DNA from: Candidatus Krumholzibacteriia bacterium
GTDB lineage: Bacteria; Krumholzibacteriota; Krumholzibacteriia; LZORAL124-64-63
Assembly (NCBI GenBank): GCA_050174015.1
Contig: JBFXKG010000004.1
Span: 64,001-128,000 of the forward strand
Length of the DNA: 64,000 nt
Direction: 5' to 3'
Under the pieces are notes generated by a model. It was not told where the DNA came from. It made no database searches and saw only the letters and a program-made list of their open reading frames with translations. Shown piece by piece: positions 54,055 through 62,431 of the stretch. Position numbers and translations under genes: made by a program. Numbering within the stretch: position 1 is the first letter of the stretch; every line of letters begins with the position of its first letter.

Positions 54055-54501
54055 TCATTCCGGTCCATCGTGAGGGGTCGGCTTGGTGGCAGTTCCCGGC
54101 CCGGAGGCCCCTGGGGACACGACAACCTGCCGGGTCTTGATCTCCATCGAACGTGCCCGGGAACCGAGCACCACCAGGACGACCATCAGCAAAGTGAAGC
54201 CGACGGCGTGACTCACCCCTGGAAACGGTCGGGAAAATAACACCCAGACCGCAACCGCGTAAACAGCCAATTTGGCCAGGAACCAGAGAAAAACCGCGAA
54301 TCCGTTGCGGGGCGCGCCTGGCGGCACCACCGCCGCGCGCAACAATCTTTCGAGGACGAAGAACCCCGTCACCGCCCACAGGGCCGTCAGCAGCACGCCC
54401 AGGGCGAAGGGGCGCGAAACGGCCAGCCAGCACGCTCCGGACGCCGGCAAGGCGATCAAAATAGTCCAAAATCGAACGCGGGCAAGGAGGGAATCGGTCA
54501 A
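54055..54501 (-). CDS. atpI: ATP synthase protein I-like membrane protein
   Basis: Four hydrophobic helices, first gene of the atp operon; TTG start after GAGG. Confidence 0.65.
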   Translation of the reverse strand: MTDSLLARVRFWTILIALPASGACWLAVSRPFALGVLLTALWAVTGFFVLERLLRAAVVPPGAPRNGFAVFLWFLAKLAVYAVAVWVLFSRPFPGVSHAVGFTLLMVVLVVLGSRARSMEIKTRQVVVSPGASGPGTATKPTPHDGPE

Positions 54502-54574
54502 AACGGCGTTTTCCTCTTGCTCGGGTGGACTGTCGGCGCATTCGGAAGCATCGGGGGATGCTGCGTCGGCGGTA

Positions 54575-54602
54575 AAGATGGTGAATTGATAGGGAATGTC
54601 AA
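54575..54602 (-). promoter_or_regulatory. Probable sigma70 promoter of the atp operon
   Basis: TTGACA-16-CATCTT on the minus strand. Confidence 0.55.
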
Positions 54603-54677
54603 CAAAATGGGCGGCGGACGGGGTGGGGGGACTCCGGCCTGGGGATGACGCCGCCGCCCTGCGACCAACCGGAATTC

Positions 54678-54711
54678 CATTCCAGGATCCGGAACGGCGC
54701 CGGGATATGAT
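54678..54711 (+). promoter_or_regulatory. Palindromic box 1 with -10 (putative WYL-dependent promoter)
   Basis: CATTCC-aggatcc-GGAACG, 9 nt, TATGAT. Confidence 0.65.
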
Positions 54712-54822
54712 TCTCAAGCCCCGATGGGGAACAGCGGACGGACATTCGGAACGGTCATCCTGGCCACATCGATCATCGAAATGAAATTATTGATTCCAAA
54801 GGGTTTGAACGAACGCCGCCGC

Positions 54823-54851
54823 AAAAAGGGGCCGCCCCGAAGGGCGGCCCC
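54823..54851 (-). terminator. Intrinsic terminator after the AAA ATPase
   Basis: GGGGCCGCCC-TTCG-GGGCGGCCCC-TTTTT on the minus strand. Confidence 0.88.
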
Positions 54852-54889
54852 ACCTTCATCCGGCCGGGACTCGCTGCCGGCATTCCCGC

Positions 54890-57103
54890 TCAGAAGCCCA
54901 CCACCCTGACGGGTCCGGCCGCCCGATGCTTGAGGGCCACCTCCTCCTCCAGGAGGGCCAGGAGATCGGCGTGCGTCGTCCGGCGGACCCCCTGCATCCG
55001 GAGGTTGCGCCGGATCAAGGCCATGTCGGCGGCCGTCAACGGGTCGAGGGCGCACAATCGCCGCCTTTCCTCGGCCGAAGGGGCGCCCGGAGCCAGGGGC
55101 GCCAGCAGCCGGTCGTAGGTGGCCTCGATCCCCGCCGGCTCCAGGGGTCGGAACTCGACCTTCAGGGCGAACCTGCGCAGGGCGGCCGGATCCAGGGCGT
55201 CCAGCCGGTTGGTGGTGCAGATGACGGCCCCGTGATGCTGTTCGATCTGCACGAGCAGTTCGTTCACCATGCTGATTTCCCAGGTACGCCGGGAACGGCT
55301 GCGGGACGCCAGGAAGGTGTCGACCTCGTCGATCACCAGGACCGCCCCGGTCGCCGCGGCCTCGGCGAAGGCCTTCGCGAGGTTGCGCTCGGTCATGCCC
55401 ACGTAGGGGTCGAGGATCTCGCTGGCCTTGCGCGTGACCACCGGGCGGCCCGCCGCGGCAGCCAGGTACCCTGCCGTCAGGGTCTTGCCGGTTCCCGGCT
55501 GGCCGTGGAAGAGCATGGCCAGGGCTCCCCGCTCGCCGGCCACGGCCGACTTGTCCAGATCCTTGACGTACCGGACCATCTGGCGGATCAGCGCCCGCAG
55601 GGGCCGCGAGGGATTCACCCCGCACTCGAGGAACTCGACGGCGGGCCCCTTGCGGACCTCGACCCGGCGCTTGACCCCCTGCAGCCCCGCCTGGGCTTCG
55701 AGAGTCCTGCCAAAGGCCTCGCGACAGGCCCGCGGGGTGGTCTGGATCCCCGACGCCACCCTGGCGGCCATGGCGAACACCGCCGGAGCCAGGGTGAACT
55801 CCCCGGCCAGCCTGGTCACCTCCGCGGCGGTGAAGTGCCTCTTGATGCGGTGCCGCCGGAGGATTCCGTCGAGCATCGCCGCCCGCTTTTCCCCGTCCAG
55901 GGGAGGCAACTCCAGGCTGTAGGCGAACCGGCGCCTGACCGCCGGATCGATGCCGTCGTGTTCGTTGACGATCCAGATGCCCCGCGAGCCGGGCAGTTCC
56001 AGGATCCCGTTGAGGTAGCCCTTGTCCATCACTTCACCCCGGTGGAACCAGGGGCGGTCGGTGTTGAGCAGCTGGTCGGCCTCGTCCACGAAGACGAGAG
56101 CTCCCGCCTGTCCCGCCGCCATTTCCAGGCAGGCGGCCAGGGCGGCACGGCGGGCCCGGGCCTCGTTCTGGCGCTGGCCCAGCACCTCGAACCCCCGCAG
56201 TCCCAGTTCCGCGCACATGGCGCGGCACAGGGTGGTCTTGCCGGTGCCCGGAGGTCCGTAGACCAGGATGTGCACCGGGGCGTCCCCTCCGGAGGTCAAC
56301 AGGAGCCGCATCAGGTCGAGCTTGCCCGTCTCGATTCCGAGGTCGTCGGCCGCCAAAGCGGATCCGGGAACCGGGCGGAAGAGTTCCTGCCTCGCGGGCG
56401 CCTGATCGGGATCGGCGAAGAACGGCAGGAATTCCTCGCTGATCTGCAGCCACTTGCGGTCGGTGTCGAGGATGCCCATGCCGGCCAGCTTGCCTCCCAG
56501 GACCGTCCCCATTTCCGCGGGAGCCAGTCCCAGGGCGGTGACCAGGCCGTCCCTGCCCCGGGGCTCGTCGCAGTGGAGGTGGTTCTCGAAGAAGTCCTGG
56601 ACCGGTTCCCACCAGCGCATCGCCGTGAAGAAGAAACAGAACTCGGTCTCCTGCTCGGAAAGCCCGAACAGCCGGCGGGTCCCATCGAGATGCCGGGCCA
56701 GCGGCGAGGCCTGGAAACGGTCCCTGCCGGCGGCCCACCCGGTCAGGCGGTCGGACAGGGTCGAGGCCAGACGCTGGAGACGGGCCGGAGGGGCCCCGTT
56801 GTGGACCACCGAGACCACCGACGCCATGTCCTGGGGGTCTCCCCAGGCCCGGCGCAGGTCGGGCAGCAGGCGGTCCCGGTCGGTGTCGCTCAGCAGGTCG
56901 TCCACCAGGGTCTGGGTTCCCGCCGGATCGACCCCGGCGACCCAGAAGGCGAACCCGAGGGTTTCCCGGTCGATGGTGCGCCGGCGGGCGACCGTGCGGG
57001 CGGCCCACTCCGCACAGGCGCAGAGAGTGAACTGGAGGTTGGCATCGGGATTTCCGGGTGTCTTCTCCTTCCGCTTGCGGGCTCGGGCGTAGAATCGCGT
57101 CAT
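54890..57103 (-). CDS. Tandem AAA+ ATPase (two AAA modules, uncharacterised N-terminal domain)
   Basis: GPPGTGKT/LVFVDEAD and GQPGTGKT/VLVIDEVD; TTNRLDALDPAALRRF; C-terminal VGF; AAGGAG RBS before ATG 57103. Confidence 0.9.
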   Translation of the reverse strand: MTRFYARARKRKEKTPGNPDANLQFTLCACAEWAARTVARRRTIDRETLGFAFWVAGVDPAGTQTLVDDLLSDTDRDRLLPDLRRAWGDPQDMASVVSVVHNGAPPARLQRLASTLSDRLTGWAAGRDRFQASPLARHLDGTRRLFGLSEQETEFCFFFTAMRWWEPVQDFFENHLHCDEPRGRDGLVTALGLAPAEMGTVLGGKLAGMGILDTDRKWLQISEEFLPFFADPDQAPARQELFRPVPGSALAADDLGIETGKLDLMRLLLTSGGDAPVHILVYGPPGTGKTTLCRAMCAELGLRGFEVLGQRQNEARARRAALAACLEMAAGQAGALVFVDEADQLLNTDRPWFHRGEVMDKGYLNGILELPGSRGIWIVNEHDGIDPAVRRRFAYSLELPPLDGEKRAAMLDGILRRHRIKRHFTAAEVTRLAGEFTLAPAVFAMAARVASGIQTTPRACREAFGRTLEAQAGLQGVKRRVEVRKGPAVEFLECGVNPSRPLRALIRQMVRYVKDLDKSAVAGERGALAMLFHGQPGTGKTLTAGYLAAAAGRPVVTRKASEILDPYVGMTERNLAKAFAEAAATGAVLVIDEVDTFLASRSRSRRTWEISMVNELLVQIEQHHGAVICTTNRLDALDPAALRRFALKVEFRPLEPAGIEATYDRLLAPLAPGAPSAEERRRLCALDPLTAADMALIRRNLRMQGVRRTTHADLLALLEEEVALKHRAAGPVRVVGF

Positions 57104-57134
57104 GGGCAATCTCCTTTCGGATCGGTTGATGCCG

Positions 57135-57168
57135 AATCTAACCCGAAACCGTTCCAAATTTCGGAACG
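57135..57168 (-). promoter_or_regulatory. Palindromic box 2 with -10, upstream of the AAA ATPase
   Basis: Minus strand CGTTCC-gaaattt-GGAACG, 9 nt, TAGATT. Confidence 0.7.
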
Positions 57169-57205
57169 ATCGGTCAGTGGCCGGATCGACCGGAAAGGAA
57201 TGCCC

Positions 57206-57235
57206 AAAAAAAGGCCCGGCGGGGAGAGCCGGGCC
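57206..57235 (-). terminator. Intrinsic terminator (riboswitch expression platform)
   Basis: GGCCCGGC-TCTCCCC-GCCGGGCC-TTTTTTT on the minus strand. Confidence 0.85.
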
Positions 57236-57265
57236 AGATGAGCAATCCGTTTGCACGGATCAGTT

Positions 57266-57327
57266 CCGACCGTTTAGCGAATTGTTTTACGTGGCTGCAA
57301 GCAATTCGGCTCCAAATCACCACGGGG
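57266..57327 (-). ncRNA. SAM-II (SAM_alpha-type) riboswitch aptamer
   Basis: Minus strand CCCCGUGGUGAUUUGGAGCCGAAUUGCUUGCAGCCACGUAAAACAAUUCGCUAAACGGUCGG: P1 CGUGGU/GCCACG, conserved UGAUUU, UUGCA and GCUAAA, and GCCG/CGGU closing the pseudoknot. Confidence 0.8.
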
Positions 57328-57371
57328 CGGCGGGGCCCCCAGGTCCGGGTTTCCACATCCGACCGGTCAAC

Positions 57372-57400
57372 ACGATAACAAATCCTCCTCGAAATGTCAA
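57372..57400 (-). promoter_or_regulatory. Sigma70 promoter driving the riboswitch leader
   Basis: TTGACA-17-TATCGT with an extended -10 TG. Confidence 0.78.
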
Positions 57401-57420
57401 GCGAAATCAATTCAAGTCGT

Positions 57421-58413
57421 TTATTTATAATATTTTACAGTTTCGGCCAATTCCGCCTGGAGCCGCTCGACCAGGGCCTTGGGGGCCAGCAACCGCGCAC
57501 TGGATCCGAGGCTCAGGATCCAGGCCATGACCTCCGGCTCGCTGGTGGACGTGAAGGCGACCTCGATCCGGCCGTTCTTCTTCTCCCGGATGGTCTGGTC
57601 CGGGTTCAACTTCCGCTCGGCGGTGAAGTTCGCGGCCCATCCCCACAGCTCGGCCTTCACCTTGAAGGTCTTGCCCTTGATCACCCCGAAATGCGTGTTG
57701 AACACCTTGTCGAAGTCGTAGTCGGTCACCGGCTTGAACGGCGTGTCGGTCAGGGCGACCCCCGCGAACCGGTGCAGGGCGAACAGCGGATCGTAGCCCG
57801 GATTCCTGAACACCCGGTCGGGCATCTTGGCGTAGCGGGCGTGCACGTAGATGGTCTCGTGGTGCGAGAAGATCTTCAGGGGCTTGATCCGGAAGACCTT
57901 CGGCTCCTTGTCCTGAAGGCGCCGGTAGGCGACCTCGCAGACCCGGTGCTGCTCCAGCCCCTGGACCAGGGTGCTGAGATTCCCGTAATGCGGGGTGTAG
58001 TCGATGACCCCGGGACGGTAAACGCCGAAGGCGCTGCGGTCGGGATCCCGTCCGCCCTGGTGCAGCCTCGCCGTCTTGTCCACGGCGCGCATGGCCGCGG
58101 TGAAGTGCTCGCGCCCCAGCAGATGGCTGGTGAAGGCCCGGCACATCAGCAGCACCTCCAGTTCGTCGTCCGTCAAGGGCAGCGTCGCCTTGGGCCGGCG
58201 CGCCCGCGGGATGCGGTAGAAGCTCCGGTTGCCCTTGGGCACCCGTTCGATGCCGGTCCCCCCCTCGTCCAGGTCCGCGACCAGGCGCAGGACCGTCTGC
58301 TTGCTGCATTGCAGGCGTGAGCTGAGTTCGGTGAGGGAATACTCCCGGTCGTTGAAAAGGAGCATGGCGTAGAGCTCGAGCAGGCGGGACCCGGGGGAGA
58401 TGCCGGCTGTCAT
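57421..58413 (-). CDS. WYL-domain transcriptional regulator (wHTH-WYL-WCX)
   Basis: N-terminal HTH (YSLTELSSRLQCSKQTVLRLVADL); CEVAYRR, IKPLKIF, IYVHA, FALHRF; C-terminal AWILSLGSSARLLAPKAL. Confidence 0.88.
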   Translation of the reverse strand: MTAGISPGSRLLELYAMLLFNDREYSLTELSSRLQCSKQTVLRLVADLDEGGTGIERVPKGNRSFYRIPRARRPKATLPLTDDELEVLLMCRAFTSHLLGREHFTAAMRAVDKTARLHQGGRDPDRSAFGVYRPGVIDYTPHYGNLSTLVQGLEQHRVCEVAYRRLQDKEPKVFRIKPLKIFSHHETIYVHARYAKMPDRVFRNPGYDPLFALHRFAGVALTDTPFKPVTDYDFDKVFNTHFGVIKGKTFKVKAELWGWAANFTAERKLNPDQTIREKKNGRIEVAFTSTSEPEVMAWILSLGSSARLLAPKALVERLQAELAETVKYYK

Positions 58414-58468
58414 GGGGCGTCCTTTCACGGAGGGGATTCGGTGCCGCCTCGATTCTCCAGCAGCCGGC

Positions 58469-58502
58469 AGGATCCCGCAAGACCATTCCGGATACCGGAA
58501 CG
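58469..58502 (-). promoter_or_regulatory. Palindromic box 3 with weak -10, upstream of the WYL gene
   Basis: Minus strand CGTTCC-ggtatcc-GGAATG, 9 nt, GATCCT. Confidence 0.6.
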
Positions 58503-58514
58503 CAAAGACGATCA

Positions 58515-58543
58515 GGCCCGGCGGACCAACGGTCCGCCGGGCC
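58515..58543. terminator. Perfect 13-bp hairpin (possible terminator)
   Basis: GGCCCGGCGGACC-AAC-GGTCCGCCGGGCC; only a weak U-tract. Confidence 0.5.
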
Positions 58544-58593
58544 GCCGCATCGGAAGGCTCGCCCAACCTTCCTCCACGGTCACCGGACCCGGA

Positions 58594-58682
58594 TCAGGGC
58601 TCCAGGGTCAGGTCGATGGTCACCTTGGCGATGCCCGGCCTGCGGCCTCATCACGGGCCTTCCTGATCTCGATCACGTTCAT
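58594..58682 (-). pseudogene. Very short ORF or internally deleted gene remnant
   Basis: GGAGGAG RBS; MNVIEIRKARDEAAGRASPR* (58682-58620), with an overlapping frame GIAKVTIDLTLEP* ending at 58594 in host-like codons. Confidence 0.4.
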
Positions 58683-58760
58683 GCCTTCTCCTCCGGTCGA
58701 TTGTTCCGATGCTGTCGGCAATCATACCCCGGACCCGACGATCTATTTGCCAGGATGTCG

Positions 58761-58794
58761 ATAATAGCGGCGGGTCATTCCGGAATCCGGAACG
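58761..58794 (-). promoter_or_regulatory. Palindromic box 4 with -10
   Basis: Minus strand CGTTCC-ggattcc-GGAATG, 9 nt, TATTAT. Confidence 0.68.
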
Positions 58795-58880
58795 ACAGGG
58801 CCGGAAAGCGGCGTCCACCGGGCCCAAGGGAGACGGACAGGGTCCCTTGGCGCGAATCCTTCGACCCGGGCGGAGCCGGG

Positions 58881-59861
58881 CTACCCGGTCCGATCATGAC
58901 AGGACGTGGTGAAATGGGCGTCGGATAGACTCTCGCCCGGCCGATGGGTGTAGGCCGCGAGGCACCCGTCCCCGGCCACCGAATAGTCCAGGCAGACCAC
59001 GTTGTGCGCCTGGATCTCCGGCTTTCCCTTCAGCCAGTAATGGCCGAAGAAAACCGGGGGATCCGCTGCGGGATAGCCGGGGTTGCCCAGCTCCAGCGCC
59101 CTGGAATCCTCGAGGGGAGCGTCGGGAACCCCGGCCATCGACCCGGGCGGGAAGAGCATGGTGCGGTAGGTCGGATCCTCGGGGATGAGGAACCAGCGGA
59201 CCCTGATGGCCCGCCGGGGATGGCCGTCCTTGTCCAGAGCCGGTCGCGCCCCTGCCGGAAGCGGCGCTTCCTTGCCCTTGAGCAGCCATTCCGTCGCCTG
59301 GAAGAGAGCGTTCCCGGGACCGGGCGGGATCAGCGCGGCCGCCATGAACCCGTCGGTGACGCCTCCGTGCTGGGCGAGGGCGGCGTCCACGGCCCGGACC
59401 GCACCGGGATCCCAGCAGGCATGGACCACGCGCAAATGCTCGCTGGCGAGGTAGAGTGGCAGGGTGCGGAACCAGTCCAGCCAGTGGTCCGGCACCGTCC
59501 GTCCTCCCAGCTGATCGAGGGTGTGGCGGACCTGGCTCTCGTTCCGGGGGGAATGGCTCCTCAGGTACCGGCCTTCATGGACGGTCGCATAGGCGATGGC
59601 GTTGAACTCGTGGTTGCCCATCAAGGCGTAGGCGTTCCCGGCCTCCACCATCGCGCGGACGATCTCCAGGGTCTCGAGGATCTCCGGACCCCTGTCGATG
59701 AAATCCCCCACGAACACCGCCTTGCGGTCGGAATCGCCATGGCGGAATCCCAGGCCCGCCCGCTCGTAACCGAGTTTCCCCAGGAGTTCCCGGAGCCGCA
59801 GCGCGTGGCCGTGGACGTCCCCGATGATGTCGTAGCAGGAATGGTGGGGTAGCATCGCCAT
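58881..59861 (-). CDS. Calcineurin-like metallophosphoesterase (ApaH/PrpE-like)
   Basis: IIGDVHG, FVGDFIDRG, MGNHE, VVHA, FFGHYW and CLDYS motifs. Confidence 0.9.
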   Translation of the reverse strand: MAMLPHHSCYDIIGDVHGHALRLRELLGKLGYERAGLGFRHGDSDRKAVFVGDFIDRGPEILETLEIVRAMVEAGNAYALMGNHEFNAIAYATVHEGRYLRSHSPRNESQVRHTLDQLGGRTVPDHWLDWFRTLPLYLASEHLRVVHACWDPGAVRAVDAALAQHGGVTDGFMAAALIPPGPGNALFQATEWLLKGKEAPLPAGARPALDKDGHPRRAIRVRWFLIPEDPTYRTMLFPPGSMAGVPDAPLEDSRALELGNPGYPAADPPVFFGHYWLKGKPEIQAHNVVCLDYSVAGDGCLAAYTHRPGESLSDAHFTTSCHDRTG

Positions 59862-60172
59862 GATCTCGCCGCCGCCAAGTTGTTGAAAAGTGACCGGTTA
59901 TACCCAAGGAGTCGTCGAGCGGCCCAATATACCACGTTGACCGGATCCGGCCAAACTCGTCGGTCTCCCCTGCCGGTCGCCCCGCGGGGACACCCTGGTG
60001 TTTTCCCAGAAATTCCGGAATTGCTAAAGGAAAAGAGGGATCACCAACCACCTATTTCGAGGCCGACCCGGACCGGGTTGCTCGAAAGGCACGATATCGC
60101 CGACGGCCAGGCGGCTGGACACCCTGGCCATGGTGGAGGTGCTCGGAGACCTCATGGCCAGGGTGTGACCGG

Positions 60173-60736
60173 TCATTCCTCTTCGGGAGCGAACGCCGCG
60201 GCCAGCTTGTCCTGGACGAGGCCGTAGGTCTCCTCGATCCGGTCCGACGTTTCCCCCTGGAGCATACCCAGGCCCGCCAGCGCGTCCTTGGCCCTGCGGA
60301 ACCCATCCTCGATTCCCCGGCGGATCTCCGCCTCGAACCTGTTCAGGGTCTCCGTCTCGTCCTGGCCGGCATTCAGCCCCTTGTAATGGGGAAAGAACCC
60401 GAGAGCGAAGCCGAGCACCCTTTCGGCCACGGCCTCGGGCGAGGTGTCCAGGCCGATGGAGAAGCTGTCCTCGGGCTTCTTCCCTTCAGGTCCCACGGCT
60501 TCCTTATCTCCCGACGGAAAGGCGTCCCGGAGGCTTTCCTCCAGCTCCTTCCTGAGCAGGGCGAGGCCACCGTCCTCGAGGATGCTCAGGGCCAGTTCCT
60601 CGCCGTGGGCCCGGGCCGGGCCGGCGCCCCCGCGAAGGTAGGCGCTCGTGCGTTCATCCGAGGATGTCGTCTTCTGGGGATCCTGGGCCTTCTTGACAGG
60701 CGAAAGGCCCGGTAGGTTTGATATGGGGTTCGCCAT
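60173..60736 (-). CDS. DUF5610-like protein
   Basis: DTSPEAVAERVLGFALGFF...IRRGIEDGFRRAKDALAGLG...IEETYGLV; AAGGAGG RBS. Confidence 0.65.
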   Translation of the reverse strand: MANPISNLPGLSPVKKAQDPQKTTSSDERTSAYLRGGAGPARAHGEELALSILEDGGLALLRKELEESLRDAFPSGDKEAVGPEGKKPEDSFSIGLDTSPEAVAERVLGFALGFFPHYKGLNAGQDETETLNRFEAEIRRGIEDGFRRAKDALAGLGMLQGETSDRIEETYGLVQDKLAAAFAPEEE

Positions 60737-60796
60737 GGCTCTCCCTCCTTGAAAGGAGCCTATGGGGTGGGGCGATGGTTTCGCACCATATATAAA

Positions 60797-60823
60797 ATAT
60801 CGGCATGATATTGATTTTCTTGA
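60797..60823 (-). promoter_or_regulatory. Sigma28 (FliA)-type promoter
   Basis: Minus strand TCAA-N15-GCCGATAT, about 60 nt upstream of ATG 60736. Confidence 0.65.
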
Positions 60824-61230
60824 AGGAAATCTCCCCAGGGGAGGCGCAACGCGGTCGAGGCCTCCGGCGGGGGCTGGGTCCCGGTGGCCGCGGACCCTGG
60901 ATGTGCGGCAGGTCACGAGGAAGAGGCGGTTCGAGGGGCGGCCGGGCCCCCCGGGGGACCTAAAACCCTGAAATGGGCCTCAAATCGCTGGTTTAGGGCC
61001 GTTTTTCGGAAATCCCCCCCCAGTCCCGCAGGTCGTGGAACACTGGACGGGCGAACGGATGGAACCGGGGCGGATGGGTCTGGCGCATGACGCCCAGGCC
61101 TCGCCGCCACCCCTCATCCGAGCATATCGTCACACGCATGGTTTCTTCGCCTTGGAGAGATCCCCGCGGATGTGGCACACTCCCCATCGGCCGGAAACCC
61201 ATCCTCCAGGACCCTCCAGGAGCGCCAGGC

Positions 61231-62292
61231 ATGACCCCCAAGCCCCGATTCCTCAAGGCGGCCAGCTTCGCCGCCGGCCTCGTCATCGGCCTCGTCCTCA
61301 TCACCGCCGGCTGCGGCCCCGACCGGAAGGAGACACCCCCCGCCGAGCCATCTTCCGCGGCCCTGCGACCCTTCCGTCCCTTCAGCGGCGACCGCTGGAT
61401 CGGCAACGCCGTCTGCTACGGCCCCCACCGGGACGGGCAGCGGCCCGGCGGCCCCGGCCCCACCGCCGCCCAAATCCGGGAGGACCTGGACCTGATGCTC
61501 CCGCACTGGAACCTGCTGCGGGTGTACGGCGCCACCGGCGCCACCCCCATCCTGCTCGAGGAGATCCGGCGCGGCGATCTGGACATGAAGGTCGTGCTGG
61601 GGGTGTGGATCGCTCCCGAGGAGCACCGCGATCCGGAAGGAACCGTGACCGGCCGCGACCCTGAAGCCGCGGCCGCCAACCGGCGCGAGGTCTGGGCCGC
61701 CATCGACCTGGCGAACCGGTACCCCGATCTCGTCGTGGCGGTCTGCGTCGGCAACGAGACCCAGGTCTCCTGGTCGGCCCACCGCAGTCCGCTGGACATC
61801 CTCATCGGCCACGTGCGGACGGTGAGGTCCGCCGTCTCCGTCCCCGTCACCGTCGCCGACGACTTCAACTTCTGGAACAAGCCGGAAAGCCGTGAACTGG
61901 CCGGCGAGCTGGACTTCATCACCATGCACGCCCACCCGATGTGGAACGGGCTGCAGCTGGACGGCGCGCTTCCCTGGCTGCAGGAGCAGGTGAAGGCGGT
62001 CCAGGCTTTTCACCCGGACCGCCCGGTGATCCTGGGGGAGACGGGCTGGGCCACCTCCGTCCACGACGAGGGGGAACAGGCCACGCTGATCAAGGGAGCC
62101 GCGGGCGAGCAGGAACAGAAGACGTTCTTCGCGGAGGTCCGCGCCTGGGCGGAGCACGACCGGCTTCCGGTGTTCTTCTTCGAGGCGTTCGACGAGAACT
62201 GGAAGGGTGGCGATCATCCCGCCGAGGTCGAGAAGCACTGGGGGGTGTTCCGGGCGGACCGGACGCCCAAGGCGGCGGTCAAGGGGTCCTGA
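61231..62292 (+). CDS. Glycoside hydrolase family 17-like lipoprotein (beta-1,3-glucanase-like)
   Basis: ITAGC lipobox; LRVYG, VCVGNE, HAHPMW, ILGETGW, FEAFDENWK and EKHWGVF motifs. Confidence 0.85.
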   Translation: MTPKPRFLKAASFAAGLVIGLVLITAGCGPDRKETPPAEPSSAALRPFRPFSGDRWIGNAVCYGPHRDGQRPGGPGPTAAQIREDLDLMLPHWNLLRVYGATGATPILLEEIRRGDLDMKVVLGVWIAPEEHRDPEGTVTGRDPEAAAANRREVWAAIDLANRYPDLVVAVCVGNETQVSWSAHRSPLDILIGHVRTVRSAVSVPVTVADDFNFWNKPESRELAGELDFITMHAHPMWNGLQLDGALPWLQEQVKAVQAFHPDRPVILGETGWATSVHDEGEQATLIKGAAGEQEQKTFFAEVRAWAEHDRLPVFFFEAFDENWKGGDHPAEVEKHWGVFRADRTPKAAVKGS

Positions 62293-62431
62293 CCCGTTCA
62301 CCGGGACGCGCTCCGCGGGCGGGCCATGCCTCGCCTCCTGCCGGGATTTCGGCGCCACCCCGGCCCTTCCGCCGGGGATTCATGCTATCATTGTCTTCTG
62401 GTGCCACCTGCTCCCTCCTGAAAGGTCCGAC

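Noticed and set aside
54735..54753. Additional GGAACG or GTTCC half-sites (also near 6720, 26750, 58703 and 60011)
   Set aside because: They lack the matching half-site at N7 spacing and the -10 at 9 nt.
54724..54909. 61-aa ORF downstream of palindromic box 1
   Set aside because: No RBS, atypical codons, and it runs through the terminator hairpin into the AAA gene end; not supported as a CDS.
54560..60170. WYL/AAA region as a mobile element
   Set aside because: No integrase, transposase, tRNA target or flanking direct repeats were seen; it can only be called accessory-like.
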